A DNA stretch of 64,000 bases from an uncultured Collinsella sp. (lineage in GTDB: Bacteria; Actinomycetota; Coriobacteriia; Coriobacteriales; Coriobacteriaceae), in the NCBI GenBank assembly GCA_902494585.1, contig CABUUD010000001.1, positions 13,351 to 77,350 on the forward strand. Reading direction: 5' to 3'. The translations under genes were made by a program, and so were the position numbers. The notes below the pieces were generated by a model that saw only the letters and a program-made list of their open reading frames with translations, ran no database searches and had not been told where the DNA came from. Positions within the stretch are counted from its first letter, which is position 1, and each line of letters opens with the position of its first letter. This document shows positions 49,716 through 60,200 of the stretch, piece after piece.

Positions 49716-51743
49716 CTACGGCCGCTCGTTGGGAGCCAGGCGCTGCATCTTGTTCACGGCCTTGAACTTGGTGAACAGCGGCACGTACTCAAAGCTCACG
49801 TTGGAGTTCTCCAGGCCGTACCAACGCGCGGGCGTGCCGGCGGCGCGGCGGATGATGTACTTGAGCGTGATGGCCGTACGCTCGCTGGGCTCCACATCGC
49901 TTTCGGGCGCCAGAAGCTTACGGATCAGGACGAACTTGAACGTGCCGATGTTACCCGGATCCTTGTAGACCGAGTAGTCATGCGTCTGCGGCGGCAGCTC
50001 GCCGGTGGCAGCCAGGTCCTGAACAACCTGACGCAGGTAGGCATTGACGCGTTGGTTGATCTTGTAGCCCAGGTACAGATGCACGCGGAACACGTAGTCG
50101 GTGCCGATCGTCTCGACCGAATAGGCAAAGGTGTGCGGTTCGTCCATGGTCTCGACATTCACAAACCACCAGGCGCGGGCGCGCTTGGGATGCTTGTCCA
50201 AGATCGAATAGACGATATCGCGGTCGATGTAGTCGGTATGGGTGTCCTTGGTCAGGTACACGACGTTGTCGCTCATGCGCTCGTAACGGTCGTCGTCACG
50301 CAGGCGCTTGAGCTGCGGCAGGTAGCTGCGCAGCGGCAGCAGCGTAAACTGGCGCTGCTCGACCGCCGTGCCGTTGTACCAGCACACCATAATGCCCATG
50401 ATGAGTGCAGCCATAAGGATGGTGAAGTAGCCGCCGTGGAAGAACTTGGTGAGCGAGCTCACAAAGAAGAAGCCTTCGAGCAAAAGGAAGAAGGCCGCGA
50501 AGATCCACGGAGCAACCTTGAGCTTGCGCTCCTCGTGCAGGTAGAAGAAGAGCAGCAGCGTGGTGCACATCATGGTGAGCGTAATGGCAAGGCCGTAGGC
50601 GGCTTCCATATGCGCCGAGTTCTGGAACAGCAGCACCACGATGACGCAGCCGACAAGCATGACGTTGTTGACCATGGGGATGTAGAGCTGGCCTTTGGTC
50701 TCGGCAGGGTAGAAGACCTGCATGTGCGGCATCAGGTCCAGACGGCTGGCCTCGGACACCAGCGAGAATGCGCCGGTGATGAGCGCCTGCGAGGCAATGA
50801 TGGCCGCGACGGTGGAAAGGCCTACGGCAAACGGGCGCAGGCCCGGGGCGAGCATCTGGTAGAACGGGTTGAGGTCGGCAATGCCCATGAGCTCGGGGTT
50901 GGCAGCGTTGTTCATAAGCCAAGCGCCCTGGCCCATATAGGAAAGCAGCAGGCAGCACTTAACGAACGGCCAGGTGGCGTAGATGTTGCCGCGGCCGACG
51001 TGGCCCATGTCGGAGTAGAGCGCCTCGGCACCGGTGGTGGCGAGGAAGCAGCTGCCCAGAATCATGATGCCCGCGTGGTTGTTGGGGCTCAGCAAAAAGG
51101 CGATGCCGCGCACCGGGTTGAGGCACAGCAGCACGGCGGGGTGCTGGAAGACAAAGAACAGACCCGTGCCGCCCAGGAACAGGAACCACAACGTCATGAT
51201 GGGGCCAAAGGCGTGACCGATCTTGGCCGTACCGATGCGCTGCACCAAGAAGAGCACGATGATGATGGCGAGCGTAATGGCGACGACGCGGCCCTGGTCA
51301 TCGCCCAGCACGGCATGGACCGCCGGGATGGTGCGCAGGCCCTCGATGGCCGTGGTAACGGTAACGGCCGGCGTCAGGATGCCGTCGGCGAGCAGCGCGG
51401 CGCCACCCAGCATGGCGGGGATGATAAGCCACTTGCCACAGCGCTTGACCAGGCTGTACAGGGCAAAGATGCCGCCCTCACCATGGTTATCGGCGCGCAG
51501 CGAGATGAGCACATACTTGATGGTGGTCAGCAGCGTGACCGTCCACACGACAAGGGAGAGCGCGCCAAGCACGAACTCCTCCGTCACGCTTCCGATGCCG
51601 CCGTTGCCGGCAACGAGCGCCTTGGTTACATACATAGGGCTGGTGCCGATATCGCCGTACACCACGCCCAGCGTGACGAGCATCGCCGAGATGCTCACAG
51701 GAATCGCAGCGTGCGAGGCTGCCTCCTTGGCCTTTTGTTCCAT
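49716..51743 (-). CDS. kup: KUP/HAK/KT potassium transporter
   Basis: GVVYGDIGTSPMY, ADNHGEGG, TGAEALYSDMGH and AAYG motifs. Confidence 0.96.
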   Translation of the reverse strand: MEQKAKEAASHAAIPVSISAMLVTLGVVYGDIGTSPMYVTKALVAGNGGIGSVTEEFVLGALSLVVWTVTLLTTIKYVLISLRADNHGEGGIFALYSLVKRCGKWLIIPAMLGGAALLADGILTPAVTVTTAIEGLRTIPAVHAVLGDDQGRVVAITLAIIIVLFLVQRIGTAKIGHAFGPIMTLWFLFLGGTGLFFVFQHPAVLLCLNPVRGIAFLLSPNNHAGIMILGSCFLATTGAEALYSDMGHVGRGNIYATWPFVKCCLLLSYMGQGAWLMNNAANPELMGIADLNPFYQMLAPGLRPFAVGLSTVAAIIASQALITGAFSLVSEASRLDLMPHMQVFYPAETKGQLYIPMVNNVMLVGCVIVVLLFQNSAHMEAAYGLAITLTMMCTTLLLFFYLHEERKLKVAPWIFAAFFLLLEGFFFVSSLTKFFHGGYFTILMAALIMGIMVCWYNGTAVEQRQFTLLPLRSYLPQLKRLRDDDRYERMSDNVVYLTKDTHTDYIDRDIVYSILDKHPKRARAWWFVNVETMDEPHTFAYSVETIGTDYVFRVHLYLGYKINQRVNAYLRQVVQDLAATGELPPQTHDYSVYKDPGNIGTFKFVLIRKLLAPESDVEPSERTAITLKYIIRRAAGTPARWYGLENSNVSFEYVPLFTKFKAVNKMQRLAPNERP

Positions 51744-51866
51744 AAGCCGGTTTCCTCCCAACTTTAATGTTCGAAGGAATTATAGGTAATCGGCCCATGT
51801 TTGAATGGCACTGTTTTCCCAGCTAGATAAAGATTTATACAGTCTTTAGGCTACCGCGGCGATATG

Positions 51867-51901
51867 GAATGTGACAAAGGGACTGTCCCCTTGTCACATT
51901 C
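51867..51901. repeat. REP-like palindrome copy
   Basis: GAATGTGACAAAGGGACTGTCCCCTTGTCACATTC, next to a stop codon. Confidence 0.85.
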
Positions 51902-51902
51902 G

Positions 51903-52775
51903 TCATTTTCCAAGCCAGTTTTTGAACCACCATTCCATGGATCGGCTCATCTCGGCCATAAAGGGACTCGTGTGCTTGCGGGTATAGATGTCCACGACGC
52001 GCTCCCCCACCTCGCGGGCATGCGGACGGAACATCGCGTCCATCTCGGCCACCTGCGCGTCCATGGTCGCAGCATCGGCGCGGCAGTAGTGCTCCTCGTG
52101 CACCAGGTTCACCACGGGATGCGCAATGGCCGGACGCTCCTTACGGGGCGTGCCGATGATGAGCATCGACAGCGGCATGGTATAGGGCGGCAGATCGAAC
52201 AGCTCGGCAACTTCCTCGGCATTCTCGACGATATCACCGATGTAGCAGCTCCCCAGCCCCAGGGCCTCGGCGGCAACCACGGCGTTTTGCGCGGCGATCA
52301 CGGCGTCCTGGGCCGCGATGGCAAAGTCGCCCAAACCCGGTGCACGACGGGGCGCCTTGCCCGTGCGCTCGACAAACTCGGGCTCAAAGCAGCCCACGTG
52401 CTCAAACAGATCGATCCACTTGGCATAGTCGACCACAAATATTAGCGCCCAGGGCGCCTTGGCGATCATGGGCTGGTGGTCGCACAGGTCGGCCAGACGG
52501 TCCAGCGTAGCCTGCTCGCGAATGCTCACGATGGAATACATCATCATGGCGCCCGCCGACGGCGCGCGACTCGCCGCATGCAAGATCTCCATCCGCTGCT
52601 CGTCGGTCACCGCCACGGGACGGTCGTCGTCATCACGCGCGAAGGCACGCGTAGACGAGCGATGCTCCAAAATGTCCAGTACCGCGTTGCCCGTAGTCTC
52701 GACCGGATAGCCGCACGTATCCACGCCCGCAACTCCGCCGCCGCCCATGTCCGCCTTGCAAACCTGCTCGTTCAT
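51903..52775 (-). CDS. Nitroreductase (NfsA/FRP-like)
   Basis: HRSSTRAF, RAPSA and DAVIAAQN..VAAEALGLGSCYIG motifs. Confidence 0.9.
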   Translation of the reverse strand: MNEQVCKADMGGGGVAGVDTCGYPVETTGNAVLDILEHRSSTRAFARDDDDRPVAVTDEQRMEILHAASRAPSAGAMMMYSIVSIREQATLDRLADLCDHQPMIAKAPWALIFVVDYAKWIDLFEHVGCFEPEFVERTGKAPRRAPGLGDFAIAAQDAVIAAQNAVVAAEALGLGSCYIGDIVENAEEVAELFDLPPYTMPLSMLIIGTPRKERPAIAHPVVNLVHEEHYCRADAATMDAQVAEMDAMFRPHAREVGERVVDIYTRKHTSPFMAEMSRSMEWWFKNWLGK

Positions 52776-52974
52776 CGCCCTACCCTCGCCATTTCTTTAA
52801 GAAGCCTTTACGTTTCCGTGTAATTCCCGTCCATTATCGCGCAGGTCGCCACTACATTGCGCCACACCGCCGCACGTGCGCGTTAATATGGCTGGTTGTT
52901 GTGCGCAGTCACCAATTGCAGCGCATATCTTGGTAACAATCGGGTAAACCCCCGCTTTCGTAGGTTTTAAGTTT

Positions 52975-55290
52975 GTGAGGAGTCTCAGCATGTTCGCAGC
53001 CGCCATCTCGCTCGTCGGTCTTGCGGCGACCGTCTACCTTGTCTTGCGCGAGGCCAAGGCCATTCGCGCAAAGTCGGGCACCGTTGCCAAGAGCACCTTC
53101 GCCTGGAGCGTTGCCTTCGGTCTGTTCCAAGTCTTTTTGACCATTTGGGGCGCCGTGGGCCTCGTCGCCCAAAACGAGCCGCTCGCCTTTGTGATGCTCA
53201 TCCTGACCAATGCCATTCTCACCGGATGCGCTTGGGCCAGCATCGCCCGCGACCGCATCGCCCCGCGCGTCTTTGCGTTCGCCGAGCCCGACGCCCCCGC
53301 CCCCACCGGCAAGCTCGCCCGCCTGCGCGGCGCCTTTGTGGGCAAACCGCTCGTCGCCGCCGTCCTGTGCCTGCTGCTCGCCGGCTTCTTTGCGCTGCTG
53401 GGCATGGAGGTCTCGTCCAACCACGACTTTACCTGGGTCTACCCCCTGTGTATCCTGCTCGAGTGGGCCATCATCACCACGCTCATGGCCGGCTTGTTCT
53501 TCCTGTTCCAGCGCCACGGCGCGGCTCCCGCGGTCCTGGCCTTTGCCCTCTTTGTCCTGGGCATTGCCGAGTTCTTCGTCATCACGTTTAAATCCATGCC
53601 CATCCAGCCGGGCGACCTTTCGGCCATCTCCACCGCCGCTGCAGTCGCCGGCACCGGCTACACCTTCTCGATCTCGCTGTTCTGCGTGCTGTCCATGGGC
53701 TTTACCGCCATCGCCATGCTGCTGTGCGAGTACGCCGGCCTGGTCGCGCCACATCGCCAGAAGGGCGCCGCCAACGCCAAGCGCATGCTGCTCACCAACC
53801 TGCTCGTAGCGGTGCTGTGCCTGGGCGGTGTGACCGCGCACGTCACGCTCATCGACTACTACAACACCCTCGGCATCACCGTCTACACCTGGCGCCCGCT
53901 CGAGAGCTACTGGCGTGAGGGCTACCTGCCCGCCTTTATTAGTGCGGCACAGTCCATCAAGCCGCCCAAACCCGCCGACTACTCCGTCGACGATGCCAAG
54001 GCCACGCTCAAAAAGTACACCAAGGCCTACGACAAGTCCGACGCCGCCAAGAGCGACGAGCGCGCCGCCGCCGAGGAGCAGTTCGATAGCGAGAAGCCCA
54101 CGGTCATCGCCATCATGAACGAGACCTTCTCAGACCTTTCGATCTACCAGAACATGCGCGCCGGCTACGAAGGCCCGCAGTACTTTAAGAACCTGTCCAA
54201 CTGCCTCAGCCGCGGCAAGCTCTACGTGAGCGCCTACGGCGGCGGCACCGCCAATACCGAGTTTGAGTTTATGACCGGCAACTCCATGGCCAACCTGGGC
54301 TCGGGCGTGTATCCGTACACCATCTACAACATGGAGACGACCGGGAACCTGGCAGAGCAGTTCAAGTCGCTCGGATATTCCACCACGGCCATGCACCCCA
54401 ACCACGCCACCAACTGGAACCGCGAAAACGTCTATAAGGACTTTGGCTTTGACCAGTTCCTGTCCATCAACGATTTCCAGGGCGCCGATACCCTGCGCGG
54501 GATGGTGACCGACCAGGCTACCTACGACAAGATTCTTGAGCTGCTCGACCAGAACGCCGATCCGCAGTTTATCTTCGACGTGACTATGCAGAACCACTCG
54601 GGCTACGACACGGGCCTGCTGCCGGTCGATAAGCAGATGCATCTGAACATCGACACGACCGACCTGGACGCCAAGACCGTCGAGGACGGCACGCTGTCCG
54701 ATGTCGACGAGTATGTCTCGTGCATCGAGCAGTCCGATCAGGCGCTGCGCTACTTCCTCAACGCCTTGAGCAAGCTCGACCGCAAGGTAGTCGTGGTGTT
54801 CTGGGGCGATCACCAGCCGTTCTTCCCGTCCAAGTTCAATGACAAGTGGTTTACCGGCGAGGACGACGCTACGCATCAAGAGCGCCTGTGGCAGACCGAC
54901 TACATCATCTGGGCCAACTACGACGTTGCCGGCTGCGACCAGACAAGCGAGGTCGATGACCTATCCACCAACTACCTGTCCACCCAGCTCATGCAGCTGA
55001 TCGGCGCACCGCTGACCGACTACCAGAAGGCGCACATGACGCTGCGCGAGTCGCTGCCCGCCATTAACTCGGTCGGCTACGAGGACGCTAGCCTGCGTTG
55101 GGCGCTCTCCTCCAACGTCACCGGCGACGACGCCGAGGCCGCGGCTGCCACCAAGGCGCGCGAGGATTACGCCAAGATGCAATACTACGAGATGTTCCGC
55201 GACGGCAAGAACGTGTACACCGAGCACTTCCAGACCGAGGCCAACGAGACCGACCCCAACCTGGCGCCGGGCACGACCAAGATCAAATAG
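52975..55290 (+). CDS. LTA synthase/sulfatase-family membrane protein
   Basis: N-terminal TM segments; IMNETFSD, GGTANTEFE, TMQNH and GDHQP motifs; start 52975 or 52990. Confidence 0.88.
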   Translation: MRSLSMFAAAISLVGLAATVYLVLREAKAIRAKSGTVAKSTFAWSVAFGLFQVFLTIWGAVGLVAQNEPLAFVMLILTNAILTGCAWASIARDRIAPRVFAFAEPDAPAPTGKLARLRGAFVGKPLVAAVLCLLLAGFFALLGMEVSSNHDFTWVYPLCILLEWAIITTLMAGLFFLFQRHGAAPAVLAFALFVLGIAEFFVITFKSMPIQPGDLSAISTAAAVAGTGYTFSISLFCVLSMGFTAIAMLLCEYAGLVAPHRQKGAANAKRMLLTNLLVAVLCLGGVTAHVTLIDYYNTLGITVYTWRPLESYWREGYLPAFISAAQSIKPPKPADYSVDDAKATLKKYTKAYDKSDAAKSDERAAAEEQFDSEKPTVIAIMNETFSDLSIYQNMRAGYEGPQYFKNLSNCLSRGKLYVSAYGGGTANTEFEFMTGNSMANLGSGVYPYTIYNMETTGNLAEQFKSLGYSTTAMHPNHATNWNRENVYKDFGFDQFLSINDFQGADTLRGMVTDQATYDKILELLDQNADPQFIFDVTMQNHSGYDTGLLPVDKQMHLNIDTTDLDAKTVEDGTLSDVDEYVSCIEQSDQALRYFLNALSKLDRKVVVVFWGDHQPFFPSKFNDKWFTGEDDATHQERLWQTDYIIWANYDVAGCDQTSEVDDLSTNYLSTQLMQLIGAPLTDYQKAHMTLRESLPAINSVGYEDASLRWALSSNVTGDDAEAAAATKAREDYAKMQYYEMFRDGKNVYTEHFQTEANETDPNLAPGTTKIK

Positions 55291-55317
55291 CGACTAGCTG
55301 CGAATTCATAACTGAAA

Positions 55318-55447
55318 CGTCTGTCCAGGCGGAGGCATATAAGGTTCCCTGCTCGGACAGTCCTGCGCAAGACGGAGGCCACATTAAGTGGCCTCCTTTG
55401 CGTGCGGAACTCGCGATGAACCTTATATGCCTCCGCCCGGACAGACG
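55318..55447. repeat. About 130-bp structured repeat, copy A
   Basis: Core 55344-55421 is the inverted copy of 55819-55895, enclosed by a roughly 26-bp stem. Confidence 0.85.
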
Positions 55448-55793
55448 CCTTGTTGTTGGAGCGCGGCTTGTCATGGGGTGGTAACCGCATCATATATAAG
55501 TCGAAGACCACATCTTGTGGCCTTCTTTGTATCCGGAAGCCGTGTCCCAGAATTCACGTCCGGAGTGGGATGTAGCTTCCGCTTACGGCCCCGTTGGGAA
55601 ACTGCATCCCACTCCGATCGCAAATTCCGGGTCGCATTATCCACCAGAGCCCTCAACCGGAAACCGCATCCCATTCCAAAGGCGAATTCCGGGACACGGT
55701 TTTCGAGACCCCACCCATCCGGAAAGCCCGTCCCGCTCTGAATACATCCGGACATGGAATATCCGCTTATTAGGCCTTCCAGCAATAAAGGGG

Positions 55794-55920
55794 CGCCCTC
55801 CCGGGCGGTGGGCACGAAGTTCATCGCGAGTTCCGCACGCAAAGGAAGCCACTTAATGTGGCTTCCGTCTTGCGCAGGACTGTAGAGCAGGGAACTTCGT
55901 GCCCGCCGCCTGGGAGGGCG
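55794..55920. repeat. About 130-bp structured repeat, copy B (inverted)
   Basis: GTTCATCGCGAGTTCCGCACGCAAAGG...GAGCAGGGAAC enclosed by a different stem. Confidence 0.85.
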
Positions 55921-55939
55921 TTGCATTTAGAAGACGGAC

Positions 55940-56638
55940 CTAGCGCTTATCCCGCCGGGACAAAAGCAGCGCAGCCATAAAAGCGATGATCGCAAGCGTC
56001 AGCAACACCAAGAGCAATGTGAGCGTGCTGTCGCCGGTTGCCGCCAGGCCAAACAGGCCGGGGCTCTTACTGCCAGCTGGGCGTACGGGAATCTTCTCGC
56101 CATCATCCTCGGCGGTAATCTCCCAGCGAATGGTCTTGCCTGCGTCGGCAAGCTCGTTGCCGACCGACGTCGGGACACTTAGTTGCAAGTTGAGCACCGT
56201 GCTACCATCGTTCGTAAACGTTGCGACTTGCGTGGGATGTGCGAACACACTACCCGGAGTTCCCGTCTGGAGCCAACCTGCAGACGCATCGCCCGCCGAC
56301 GCCGTTAAGGTAATGGGCGACAGCAAGTGTGCCGTCTCGTGATCGACAACGGCCCGCACAAACACGCGTACCTGGGACTTTACGCCCGTGGCACGAACCT
56401 CGATCTGCTGCTCACGCACATCGCCGGGCATTAGATCTTTAAAGGCTGGAAACAGATCGGGCTCCCCCGAGGAGCCCGTCGCCCCCGAGACCGTCAGCTG
56501 GCGCGCATTTCCGTCATACGCAATCGCGGGAGTATCGGCGAACGCACGGGCAGGAACGGCGAGCGCGACCACGCAGAAAATGGCCGCGACCACGCAACGC
56601 AAGGAGCGCGCAACGCCTTTGCGAATTGGGAACGCCAT
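55940..56638 (-). CDS. Sortase-anchored surface protein with TasA-like domain
   Basis: Sec signal (ARAFA-D); DLF..FKDLMPGD; C-terminal LAATGD, TM helix and RRDKR. Confidence 0.8.
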   Translation of the reverse strand: MAFPIRKGVARSLRCVVAAIFCVVALAVPARAFADTPAIAYDGNARQLTVSGATGSSGEPDLFPAFKDLMPGDVREQQIEVRATGVKSQVRVFVRAVVDHETAHLLSPITLTASAGDASAGWLQTGTPGSVFAHPTQVATFTNDGSTVLNLQLSVPTSVGNELADAGKTIRWEITAEDDGEKIPVRPAGSKSPGLFGLAATGDSTLTLLLVLLTLAIIAFMAALLLSRRDKR

Positions 56639-56640
56639 AC

Positions 56641-57210
56641 TTACGCACCTCCATGCGGCGGCACCAGCACGCCATCATTGACCTTGCAACCCCATGCCTC
56701 TTTAACCGCATCGTCGGGCGTTGATTGAATTGCCTGGGTCGAAATGTCAACGACCAGGTTCTTGCCATCCGTTTTCTTCTCGTCCACGCTCCTGATGAGC
56801 ACGCCGGTTTCGCCCATCGGCGCAACGGGAGACGTCCAGTAGTAGAACCCGTCGGAAGCGACAACCCAAGACCTGGCGCTGTTTGTAGTGGAGGCGTTGG
56901 ACACCTTGTCCCACTCAATGACGTAATCTTTGCCAGCAACCGGCTCATCCCACAAGCGTGCGCCATCCTGGTCCTGCCAGTAGATATCCACCGCAACACG
57001 CAGGTACGCCGGTGCTGAGCCGCTATTTTTAACCGCAACGTCGCTCTTTACATTATTGTCGCGATTCTCGTCCACCGAAGGCGACACCGAGCCAAAGCCA
57101 AACTCGTTGACCAGCACGCCCGTAACCGAAAGCCACGCAAAGGTGCCGGCAGCGCCGGCCAAAAGGAGAACGCCGGCAAGGAGGGCGACGATCCGCTTGC
57201 GCTTAGTCAT
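56641..57210 (-). CDS. SipW-type signal peptide protein (TasA/camelysin-like minor subunit)
   Basis: GTFA-WL...NEF; VKNSG..AYLRV; DGFYYW; QAIQ. Confidence 0.8.
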   Translation of the reverse strand: MTKRKRIVALLAGVLLLAGAAGTFAWLSVTGVLVNEFGFGSVSPSVDENRDNNVKSDVAVKNSGSAPAYLRVAVDIYWQDQDGARLWDEPVAGKDYVIEWDKVSNASTTNSARSWVVASDGFYYWTSPVAPMGETGVLIRSVDEKKTDGKNLVVDISTQAIQSTPDDAVKEAWGCKVNDGVLVPPHGGA

Positions 57211-57211
57211 C

Positions 57212-60200
57212 CTAGTCCTCCCTCCTCAGCGTGCCGTTTTCCCAAACATTCTTGGCACGCGAGCCGCCATCGACCCATTTGTCCTTCGCGCGCGTGTTGA
57301 CGCACGTCACCACGGTGTCGCCCGCGCTCGAGGCGGACGAGATGGTCAGCTCGGCAGATTTACCGGGCGCCTTGCCCGGCGTGCTCAGTTCACCCTCGTA
57401 GCGCCATGCCCAAGCCGTATCTTCCTCGACGGTATAGATGCCCGTCGGCGCGGCAAATTGCACGCTGCCGACATACCAGGTCTCACCGTTTTCCTGCTGC
57501 CGCTTATCGACCTTCACCTCGGCCACGCGCGTCTCGGGAGAGGCTCCCTCCGCCGTCTTCGTCACCTTAAAGCGGAACGTCTGTCCCATGGCATTAGCAT
57601 CGGTGGTCTTTTTGACGATCGTCAGCGCATGGGTCTTGGCGAAGTCGAACACGGCATTGCCGTCGCCTTGCTCCCCTTCGCCCGTCGTCTTGGAATCCAG
57701 GCGGTTGGCCAAGTCGAACGAACCGTTACCCGAGCCCAGGCTGTAGAGGGAGACAAGCTTGCCGTTTACGGGTTCCTCCGTCACGGATGCATTGGGGCCA
57801 TAGCTCGCCTGCTTAACCGTGACAGTCAACTGCGTTCCCATAAACGGCTCGGCAAAGCAAACCTTAAACGGCGCCTTATCGGCATTGTCATCGACCGTAT
57901 TGGCAGCAGTGGGATCGAGCAGCCACTTGAGCTTCGCGGTCATGGCTACGGGGTTCGCAGCATCGGACGTGTCGTTGGCGGTCACGCGATACGTCACGGG
58001 ATACAGATCCATGTCTCCCGTGATCGGCTCGCCCTTAAACCCATTCCAAGACTTCGCAGTGCCATCGGCACCCACATATCGCCACTCCAGGAAGAGCTCG
58101 CGCACGTCACCGCTGGTCGCCGCCCGCCCATCGAGCTGCGCAACGATCTTGGAATAAGCGTCCGGGTCATACGCGACGGACTTTTGCTCCATCACGGGAT
58201 CGCCCTTGTCATCAAAGACCGGGTTGCCACCCTCATCCATCTTGGGAACATCGACGTCATGAACGAAACCCGCGCCCGTCGCTCGCTCGTCGTCCGAGTC
58301 GACCGTCGCCGTAAAGATGACCGACCCGTCGACACCGTGATAGCGCACCTTATGCGGCGCGATCTTGTACACCGCGGTGTAGGTCACGCTCTCAAAGGGC
58401 TCGCTGCCCTCGAGGGGATACTTCTCATCGTCAGTCATCAGACTGTACTGCCCGTCATTGACATAATCGCGCGACCAGCCGACAAAGTCGTACTTGGTGC
58501 CGTCAGTGCCCTCAACCTCCTCGGCGGCCTTGACCTCAAGAGAAATCTGATCGCCGGAATCAGCGCGGCCGAGGCTACGAACAAGATCGGGATTCGCAAG
58601 TTTAGAGTCGATGTTCGATTGAACGGTAACCAGGCTGGGACGGTAGACCGGGTACAGCTCCATGGGGGCCCTGACCACGGTAGAAGCACTCACCATACTG
58701 ATGCCCTCCGACCAAGCGACATAGCCCTTGCCAGGTGCCGGCTGGGCTTCCGTCCAGCCCACGAAGACGTTGAACGCACCTCCTGTATCCGCATCGATAG
58801 TGCTGACGTCATAAGTAGGCTTCGGGATGCCGCCATCAAGGTTGCCGAGCATATCGCCTTTCTGAGCAACTTTGCCATCCACATCTTTGGCATTGAGATG
58901 ATACACGACCGCCAACGGCGAATAGTACGCTACAAATGTATAGACGCCGCCGGGTTTCACCTGATAGGAATATGAGTTATTGTCGTTAGATTTGAGCTCT
59001 TTAACCTCACCATTCGGGAGTTCGATTTCGACCCTGTCCAGCTTGTATCGCTCGCTGCCGGACTTGTATACCGTCGTTTCGGTATCAGGAGTCACCGTTG
59101 CCGTGGCGGGATCGGTGTCCGCATTGAGAGCGGGGGTGATGTCATACCTAGGAACATTTACCTCGGAAGTGCCCTCAAAACCGGCGCGATGCAGGTTGGT
59201 GGTGTAGTTGACGTCGTACTTTGCGTAGACGGGATAAGCATCCTGACACTTGGTGACCTTGGAGTCAGGTGTCGCCAAGTATGGCGCCGCCTTTTCCGGA
59301 TTGCTCGTCACATAGGGGTCGTTGGCGACATCATAGATATATTTCCAGACGGCAGAATCCTTCTTGACCTCGGCGGTCGAAATCCAGCCCAGGAACTTAT
59401 AACCCGGCACCGCCATCTCGGCATCAGTCGGCGAAGACTCAAGGGTCAAGGGGCTTTCATAAGAACCAGTTGGCTCATCCTGCGGGTCCCCTGTTGCCTC
59501 AACCGAAGTGTTCACGTGCGGGTAGTAATACGTGTACGTAGGGTCTGATCCATTCACCTTATTTTGCAGCAGGTTGCTTTCGTAACGACGCGTAGCGGCC
59601 TTCAGGATTGTGTTGTCCTTGTTGTAGAAGTTAACGTCTGTAGTAATCATCGCGCGAACGTAATACTTCGTATCGAGATCCAGCATCGTGCTTTCGATGG
59701 GATTTTTCACATACGTCCAGCAGCCATTGCCGCGCTCAAGCGTCCAGAAATTCAGGCGATAGCGATCATTCACCAGTTTGACCGTTACGTTCAGCGAAGC
59801 CGAAGTCCAGGTATCGCTTAGCGTTGCAGCGCCTGGAAAATCGGTATCGGCATAGAGGTCTTTTAGAGTATCGGCTCCCTTATCGTTTTTAACGTTGTGC
59901 GAGTACGCATTAAGGGGACTCACGACAAGGGTTTCCTTCGTGAAGCGCGTGTCACACGTTTCGTCATACCTATTCTTTATACCGTGGTCAACATGCTCCG
60001 GACCCCAGTGGACGACGTTTTCACGCACGAAGGTACTACCGAGGTTTTCCTCAAAGGGCGTTTGATAGCGATTCCAAACGGAACAAAGTAGCTTGCTGTC
60101 CGTAAACCCATGGTTGGTATAAGCCCGAACGTAATAATCCACGCGGTACTCAAAGCGCGCCGTATAGGTGTGCAGCACGGTTAGATCGACATCGGCAGGG

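Noticed and set aside
55283..55926. Small ORFs in the repeat region
   Set aside because: By-products of the inverted repeats, with no RBS or protein-like features
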